Source of the DNA: a virus
Taxonomy: Duplodnaviria > Caudoviricetes
DNA: 42,176 nucleotides
Reading direction: 5' to 3' (one strand)
Virus record (IMG/VR): IMGVR_UViG_3300017747_002841
Span: 1-42,176 of that record
The translations under genes were made by a program, and so were the position numbers. This document shows positions 37,383 through 42,176 of the stretch, one piece after another. The notes under the pieces were generated by a model. It saw nothing but the letters and a program-made list of their open reading frames with translations, was not told where the DNA came from and ran no database searches. Position 1 is the first letter of the stretch. Each line of letters begins with the position of its first letter.

Positions 37383-37775
37383 TTAACCCACCTGCCGCAC
37401 TTCCTTCACCGCGGGCATTTCCGCCACCGCCACCACCTTCGGCACCTCCGCGACCGTGCGCAAAGGAAGCTCCTTTTGCCGCGGATCGTTCCGCATCAGA
37501 TTGCCCTGCTCATCACTGAACCAGATGCTCGATCCGCGTTCCGGTTCCGACTTCCGCACCTTCGGCTTGCTGAACACCACGCCAAAGGCACCCTTGGCCG
37601 CTGGCGTAAACTTCACCTTCAGCTCGATCGTGCTGGCCTTGCCGCTCAACACCACCGCCGCCGTCGCCTCCCGCATGGCATCCGCCAGCTCGTTACATAC
37701 ATCCCCGCCGTCATGCGTCTGGAGCACCTGCATGAATGCATTGCTCGGCGCCGGCCCCTGTTCTTCGTTCTTCAT
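37383..37775 (-). CDS. Partner protein usually found upstream of DUF2303
   Basis: F..VL....GG...EL..A........GK...I.L...IWFSDEQGNLMRNDPRQKEL pattern; ATG at 37775. Confidence 0.7.
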   Translation of the reverse strand: MKNEEQGPAPSNAFMQVLQTHDGGDVCNELADAMREATAAVVLSGKASTIELKVKFTPAAKGAFGVVFSKPKVRKSEPERGSSIWFSDEQGNLMRNDPRQKELPLRTVAEVPKVVAVAEMPAVKEVRQVG

Positions 37776-37904
37776 GTCGTTCGCTTTCGTTGGTTGTTTC
37801 AGTGGACTGTCAAACTCCAGTTGCCGGCGTTCGCCCAAAGCGGGCACCGCGCCGTTAATAATTTAAGGTTCGACCGAATCGCAGCGCGGCCGCCGGCAAC
37901 AAAT

Positions 37905-38195
37905 TCATAGCATCCTCACTTCAATTTTTCCCGCCCGCGCGAGGTTCCCCACCATCTCGATCACCTTGTTCATCATAAAGGAATCGAGCGGGTCCAAGGC
38001 CGCGTTCTTGTCGATCCAGCTCTGTTGAGGAATGGACTTCGCCGCCAGCCATTCCGCCAGCCATTCCTCCGTAGTGAACGGATCGCGACCCGGCACATGT
38101 CGCATCCGGCGCATCAGCTTCGCCGCCCAGCGCGTCGTCTTGCCGAAACGCTTGGCCAACACCGGCACCGTGATCGGCTTCACCTCCGCGCTCAT
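37905..38195 (-). CDS. Small DNA-binding (HTH/excisionase-like) protein
   Basis: ITVPVLAKRFGKTTRWAAKLM is HTH-like; ATG at 38195. Confidence 0.5.
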   Translation of the reverse strand: MSAEVKPITVPVLAKRFGKTTRWAAKLMRRMRHVPGRDPFTTEEWLAEWLAAKSIPQQSWIDKNAALDPLDSFMMNKVIEMVGNLARAGKIEVRML

Positions 38196-38413
38196 CGCAA
38201 CACCTTGTTGACGCGCACCCAGCGCGAAAGCCTGTTCGTGCGCCGATTCCGGCACATCATCCGCGACCACGCGCCGCGCTGCTCATGCGGCTGCGTTTCC
38301 ACCTCAGGCAGATTCTCCCGCCGCGCCGCCGCCGCCGATTGCGCTAGGATGGACAACAACAACCCCGCCGACACCGCGAACATCCCCGCAAAAACCCAGA
38401 ATAAAATGATCAT
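38192..38413 (-). CDS. Small membrane protein
   Basis: N-terminal TM MIILFWVFAGMFAVSAGLLLSILA; ATGA overlaps on both sides. Confidence 0.55.
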   Translation of the reverse strand: MIILFWVFAGMFAVSAGLLLSILAQSAAAARRENLPEVETQPHEQRGAWSRMMCRNRRTNRLSRWVRVNKVLR

Positions 38414-38712
38414 GCTTTCTCCTTTTTGAAGGTGACACTGCGCACTGGAACAACCCGGCAATGCTTGGCACACGGTAGCGCGTTGAACCCCTCATATCGC
38501 CCAAAAGCCCGTGCGTAATGCGTCGTTCGCTCTATTGCCTCACGCGCCTCCTTTCGACTCCGGAAAACCGTCCTTATATCCCGATCGTCCGGAAACTCCA
38601 AAATGCCATCCTCGGGATAACCCGGCTTTACCACCAAGCTCAACACCTGCTCGTAATCTTCACAGGCTTCCAACACCAGAAAACCATCGTTCGAGAATGT
38701 CGCCGCGCTCAC
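38410..38712 (-). CDS. Hypothetical protein
   Basis: 100 aa, overlapping start/stop with neighbours. Confidence 0.6.
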   Translation of the reverse strand: MSAATFSNDGFLVLEACEDYEQVLSLVVKPGYPEDGILEFPDDRDIRTVFRSRKEAREAIERTTHYARAFGRYEGFNALPCAKHCRVVPVRSVTFKKEKA

Positions 38713-38894
38713 ACCGTTCCTTTCTTCTTTGGTTTGTAAGGCCGCATCGTCAGCCCACGTTTCGCCAGATACGCGTCCAGCCCACGCTTGAACTCGCCCA
38801 CCGCGCCCATCTTCGCCATCGCGCCTGCCTCTGCCGTGTCCCCGTGCGCGATCTCCGAATGCCTACGCAACTTCATGCTCGTTGTTCGTGTCAT
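38709..38894 (-). CDS. Hypothetical basic protein
   Basis: 61 aa, in operon. Confidence 0.5.
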   Translation of the reverse strand: MTRTTSMKLRRHSEIAHGDTAEAGAMAKMGAVGEFKRGLDAYLAKRGLTMRPYKPKKKGTV

Positions 38895-38900
38895 TGCCGT

Positions 38901-39359
38901 TTATGAGTTTTTGAGTTTCGGCTCTACCTCCTCGAAATGCCCCGCATTGAACCAGAGCGGGATCCCCTTCAACGTGATCATCACGCTCCCGGCTCCGTTC
39001 GACATCACACTGGCCACCGTGTAAACCTTCCCGTGCGTCAACGTCTCCGCCGCCGTCACCTGATGCCCGATCGCGCCCGCCGTCGGGTTCTCGTAGCGCA
39101 CCATCATCCCAACCACCGGCACAAACTTCCCCGCGCGCAACCGCTCGATCTCCGCCACCTGCGGACGCCGCGCCGCACACGCCGGACACCACACCTCATC
39201 CCCGATTTGCAGCCAACCGCGCACCGTGGCATCGCCCAACGCCTCCTTGCGCCCCTCTTCCGGCGTAGTCATCGGCATGGCCGTTGCGATCCCGCTGCAT
39301 TCCTCATTGCCTTCCAACCACCCACTGCACAACAGATTGACCTCGTAAGTGAATTTCAT
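38901..39359 (-). CDS. Hypothetical protein with Cys motifs
   Basis: C..C and GW....WCPAC Zn-ribbon-like N-terminus plus a small beta domain. Confidence 0.6.
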   Translation of the reverse strand: MKFTYEVNLLCSGWLEGNEECSGIATAMPMTTPEEGRKEALGDATVRGWLQIGDEVWCPACAARRPQVAEIERLRAGKFVPVVGMMVRYENPTAGAIGHQVTAAETLTHGKVYTVASVMSNGAGSVMITLKGIPLWFNAGHFEEVEPKLKNS

Positions 39360-39362
39360 GGC

Positions 39363-40253
39363 TCAGTGAAGAAACGGCAGTTTGTCCACCTTGAACCCGC
39401 ACGCCTGCTTGTGCCCGCCGCCGCCGTATTTCGTGGCGATTACGGACAGGTCCACATCCGGCTTGCCCGGCACGCCGTAGAGGCTGATGGACCACTTGCC
39501 ATCCTTGCGCAGACAGAACCCTAAAAGCCCGTCATGCTCCGGCTTGATGCCCGCCGTGAATAAATGGCTGTTGTAACTGCCCGCGTTGCAGCACAGGAAC
39601 CAGAGCCCCTCCCATTGCCGAGTAAACCCGTTGTTGCCGATAATCAGCTCGTTTTTCCGCGTCTCGGCGTAGGCCACAGCCTTGCCGCTTTCCAGTAACG
39701 CCAACACCGGGAACGCCCCCGACGGACCATCAAAAAGCATTTGGGCCCACCACCCCGCATCTAATTCCCTGGACCGTAAACCGTGCTGAAACAATTCTGC
39801 ATCCGGATCGCGCTTGTCCCAAATGTCGTATTCCCCCGCAAGACGCACCGCCAGCGGTTCAGCAACTTGACGATCCACGAATTGCCCCTTACCCGGCAAA
39901 TTCGGATCCAGTTGATTACGGTGGGGATCAAGCCCTTGCTGTAAAAACGTGAACCACTGCCACGCCAGCCGGCACGCCGCCACGCCGTCGATGCGATAGC
40001 CTGGAATCGTCGCCGGATACTTCTCGATCGCCGTCTTGTGATGGTCGATCCAGATCAGACCGCCATGATCCATCAATTCATCCACGGACAGATCCAGAAT
40101 GTAGAGAACACAGACCGGCGGAACGTTGGGCGTCGGCTCGCCGTATTCCCAACCAATCAATTCGGCATCGGGCAGGAACTTGCGCGCAATCTCCCGGCAG
40201 AAAATTCCGTCAAAATCGGACTTGTGATAGATGACCACTGTTTTGTTTTTCAT
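39363..40253 (-). CDS. DHH/DHHA1 family phosphoesterase
   Basis: IYHKSDFDG, ILDLS, WIDHH and C-terminal YGGGGHKQACGF; ATG at 40253 (or GTG slightly upstream). Confidence 0.88.
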   Translation of the reverse strand: MKNKTVVIYHKSDFDGIFCREIARKFLPDAELIGWEYGEPTPNVPPVCVLYILDLSVDELMDHGGLIWIDHHKTAIEKYPATIPGYRIDGVAACRLAWQWFTFLQQGLDPHRNQLDPNLPGKGQFVDRQVAEPLAVRLAGEYDIWDKRDPDAELFQHGLRSRELDAGWWAQMLFDGPSGAFPVLALLESGKAVAYAETRKNELIIGNNGFTRQWEGLWFLCCNAGSYNSHLFTAGIKPEHDGLLGFCLRKDGKWSISLYGVPGKPDVDLSVIATKYGGGGHKQACGFKVDKLPFLH

Positions 40254-40264
40254 AGTTTCAGCCT

Positions 40265-40861
40265 TCACGCCGCCACCTCCGCCTTCAGCTTCATCGCGCA
40301 CGGCGGACAAATGCCGTGACTCACCGCGCCCGTCGCGCCCGGCATCGGCAGATCCGCCCAAAGCCCGTCAACGCGCCACTGCTTGCACCAAGCGCACTGC
40401 ACTTGCAGCCCCACCTTTGCCGCCAGCCACTTCTCCGCATCCACGCCGAACACCACATCCCCGATCGGCACCTGCGACACATGCCCCGTCTCGGGATGCC
40501 GCACGGAAACCATCACCACGCGCGTCCGCTCATCGAGCCACGAGACAAGCGCCTCGTGCCACTCGCCCGGATGCTCCCCCGTTGTCTTCGGGATGCACCG
40601 GCTCGCAAGAGGAATGTTGAACGGCTCCGCGTTCATGCCGCCTCCACATCCCGCCGAATCAACCGGCGCACATACTTCGAGAAATCCAGATCCGGCTCGG
40701 ACTGAACCCGCGCCTCGACCTTCGGCCACATCGCCTTCAGCCAGCAACTTCGCCCGCTGGCAGCTTTGGCACACACGTTCCGAGTGTTTGCCGGGAAGCT
40801 CGAACTGCTTCCAACACACCTGGCACAGCGCCTCGTATCGGAATGTTTCAGTCCTGTTCAT
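40265..40861 (-). CDS. Hypothetical Cys-rich protein (alternative internal start at 40636)
   Basis: Both possible starts overlap the TGA of a repeat copy; CAWC...SHGICPPC C-terminal motif and CQVC/CQSC N-terminal motif. Confidence 0.55.
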   Translation of the reverse strand: MNRTETFRYEALCQVCWKQFELPGKHSERVCQSCQRAKLLAEGDVAEGRGAGSVRAGSGFLEVCAPVDSAGCGGGMNAEPFNIPLASRCIPKTTGEHPGEWHEALVSWLDERTRVVMVSVRHPETGHVSQVPIGDVVFGVDAEKWLAAKVGLQVQCAWCKQWRVDGLWADLPMPGATGAVSHGICPPCAMKLKAEVAA

Positions 40862-40960
40862 GCCGCCTCCACATCCCGCCGGATCAACCGGCGCACATAC
40901 TTGGAAAAATCCAGATCCGGCTCGGATAACACCCGCGCCTCGACCTTCGGCCACATCGCC
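40631..40960. repeat. 105-bp direct repeat (40631-40735 and 40856-40960), 225-bp period
   Basis: 98/105 identical by manual comparison. Confidence 0.9.
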
Positions 40961-41052
40961 GCCGGCATTGAAATCGACTTGGTAATGTTCGCCGGTTTCG
41001 CGGCTTTTTCTTCGGCTGGCTTCCGTGCGTTCTTCATTTCGCTCCGCATCAT
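40858..41052 (-). CDS. Ribbon-helix-helix (Arc/CopG-like) regulator, Cro-analogue
   Basis: TKSISMPAAMWPKVEARV...DFSKYVRRLIRRD beta-alpha-alpha pattern; first gene of the leftward operon. Confidence 0.75.
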   Translation of the reverse strand: MMRSEMKNARKPAEEKAAKPANITKSISMPAAMWPKVEARVLSEPDLDFSKYVRRLIRRDVEAA

Positions 41053-41065
41053 TTGTTATCCCGTC

Positions 41066-41123
41066 GGAAGATTCAAGAACTTTCTTTAGGAATTTTTCAC
41101 AAGGAATCTTCTTGAATACTTCC
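41066..41123. promoter_or_regulatory. Divergent promoter/operator region
   Basis: AT-rich 96-bp gap containing the inverted repeat GGAAGATTCAAGAA ... TTCTTGAAT(A)CTTCC and two AGGAAT copies. Confidence 0.6.
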
Positions 41124-41148
41124 TATCGTTTGCGAAGATGGCCGCACT

Positions 41149-41379
41149 ATGGCCACCAATCCCAAAGGCGAGAACGAAACTAAGAGCGTCTCCATGCCTC
41201 CCGAACTCCTTGCCGCCGCTACCGAGCGCGCCAGCAAGCTCCGCATCTCCAACTTCTCCGCCTACGTCCGCAAGCTCATCGAGCAAGACCTGGCCACGCG
41301 AGGACACCTCATCTATGAGGAATCAGATCCCGCGCCAATGCCTCCCGCCAAGCCCGTCAACTACCGCAAACGCAAATGA
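41149..41379 (+). CDS. Ribbon-helix-helix regulator, repressor-analogue
   Basis: TKSVSMPPELLAAATERA...NFSAYVRKLIEQD; first gene of the integrase-containing operon. Confidence 0.78.
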   Translation: MATNPKGENETKSVSMPPELLAAATERASKLRISNFSAYVRKLIEQDLATRGHLIYEESDPAPMPPAKPVNYRKRK

Positions 41380-41663
41380 AACTGACCACCGCTCTTCTTG
41401 TTCTTAGCTTGCTGCTTTGCTTTGCGGCCTTCTCGGAATCGCTGATTGTCTCCACCAATCAAACCAGATCCGAGACGTTCACGGTTCAGAATTGGTGCCG
41501 CCGTTTTCCCGGTGTGCATAAGCATCAGCAATTAGAAGTCTTCGCGCGCCAAGGAAAGCTGTTTGCGATCTGCGGTTCTTGCGGTGATGAAATTCCGCTG
41601 GTGCGCTACTTCGGAACGAACAGCATTCAAGCCACTCTTGATAATATTTCAAAACTTCCATGA
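41376..41663 (+). CDS. Small exported protein
   Basis: Signal peptide MKLTTALLVLSLLLCFAAFS; ATGA overlaps on both sides. Confidence 0.65.
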   Translation: MKLTTALLVLSLLLCFAAFSESLIVSTNQTRSETFTVQNWCRRFPGVHKHQQLEVFARQGKLFAICGSCGDEIPLVRYFGTNSIQATLDNISKLP

Positions 41664-41941
41664 AACCATTCTTTGCCCTTCTCGCCGTCCTGCTCGTCGG
41701 CTGTCGCAGCTCTGGCGTGCTTCAAGTGTCGGCCGATACCTACCTCATCACCAAGCGCAGCGGCGCCGGCATGTTCGCCAACGTCCCCGGCATGAAGGCG
41801 GAAGTCATTCAGCAAGCCAACGCCTACGCCGCCGGCAAACAGATGAAGCTGGAACCCATCGACCTCACGGAATCCACGCCCGCCCACGGCTTCCCCAGCG
41901 TCACCTATCAATTCCGCCTCGTCGCCACCAACGCCCCATGA
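41660..41941 (+). CDS. Lipoprotein
   Basis: MKPFFALLAVLLVG-C lipobox followed by SSGVLQVSADTYLIT. Confidence 0.75.
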   Translation: MKPFFALLAVLLVGCRSSGVLQVSADTYLITKRSGAGMFANVPGMKAEVIQQANAYAAGKQMKLEPIDLTESTPAHGFPSVTYQFRLVATNAP

Positions 41942-41981
41942 ATCCGTGCCCATCCGTGCCATCCGTGTCTGTCTGCATGAA

Positions 41982-42176
41982 ATGAAAGCCATCCGCGTCA
42001 AATCCGGTTCATCTGTCGTGCGCGTGTTCGCCTCGCGCTCCGGCAAATACACCCGCTTTGAACTGCGCTGGACCGATCACCACGGACGCCGCCGCCGCCT
42101 CAAGCGCAGCCAGCGCGCCGCCGCCCTTGCCGAAGCCAGGCGCCTCGCCGACGACCTCGCCCGCGGACACCACCAC
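41982..42176 (+). CDS. int: Phage integrase, N-terminal part (continues across the circular junction)
   Basis: ATG at 41982, MKAIRVKSGSSVVRVF...RFELRWTDHHGRRRR, is in frame with 1-1176 and resembles an arm-binding three-stranded domain. Confidence 0.85.
   Translation, partial: MKAIRVKSGSSVVRVFASRSGKYTRFELRWTDHHGRRRRLKRSQRAAALAEARRLADDLARGHHH
42054..42176. repeat. Terminal direct repeat, copy 2
   Basis: Identical to 1-123. Confidence 0.97.

Noticed and set aside
40631-40960. Diversity-generating retroelement TR/VR pair or CRISPR array
   Set aside because: No reverse transcriptase or cas gene, only two copies, and the mismatches are not adenine-specific.
42054-42176. 123-bp terminal repeat as a biological terminal repeat or att site
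   Set aside because: It falls in the middle of the integrase ORF, which reads through the junction; most simply an assembler overlap of a circular molecule.

Overview
The window is a complete, circularly assembled temperate phage (or excised prophage) genome of about 42,053 bp; positions 1-123 repeat exactly at 42054-42176. The + strand carries a lysogeny module: a ribbon-helix-helix repressor, two exported proteins, and a tyrosine integrase that crosses the contig ends, followed by an attP matching the 3' end of a tRNA-Pro. The - strand carries one long run of early genes, a replication gene with iterons, terminase subunits, portal, scaffold, N4-gp56-like capsid, podovirus-type tail genes and ejection proteins including a 2451-aa LPD1-type protein. 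The most striking feature is a complete integron wedged between terS and terL: an IntI-type integrase, an attI-like site and two attC-bearing cassettes. The cassette ORFs are inverted relative to their attC sites, so they lie in the phage late-gene direction, and one borrows its start and stop codons from attC sites. Many late genes encode signal-peptide-bearing, Thr/Asn-rich proteins. A Verrucomicrobiota/PVC-like host is my inference from attC style and protein character, not a database result. All product calls come from motif recognition by eye.
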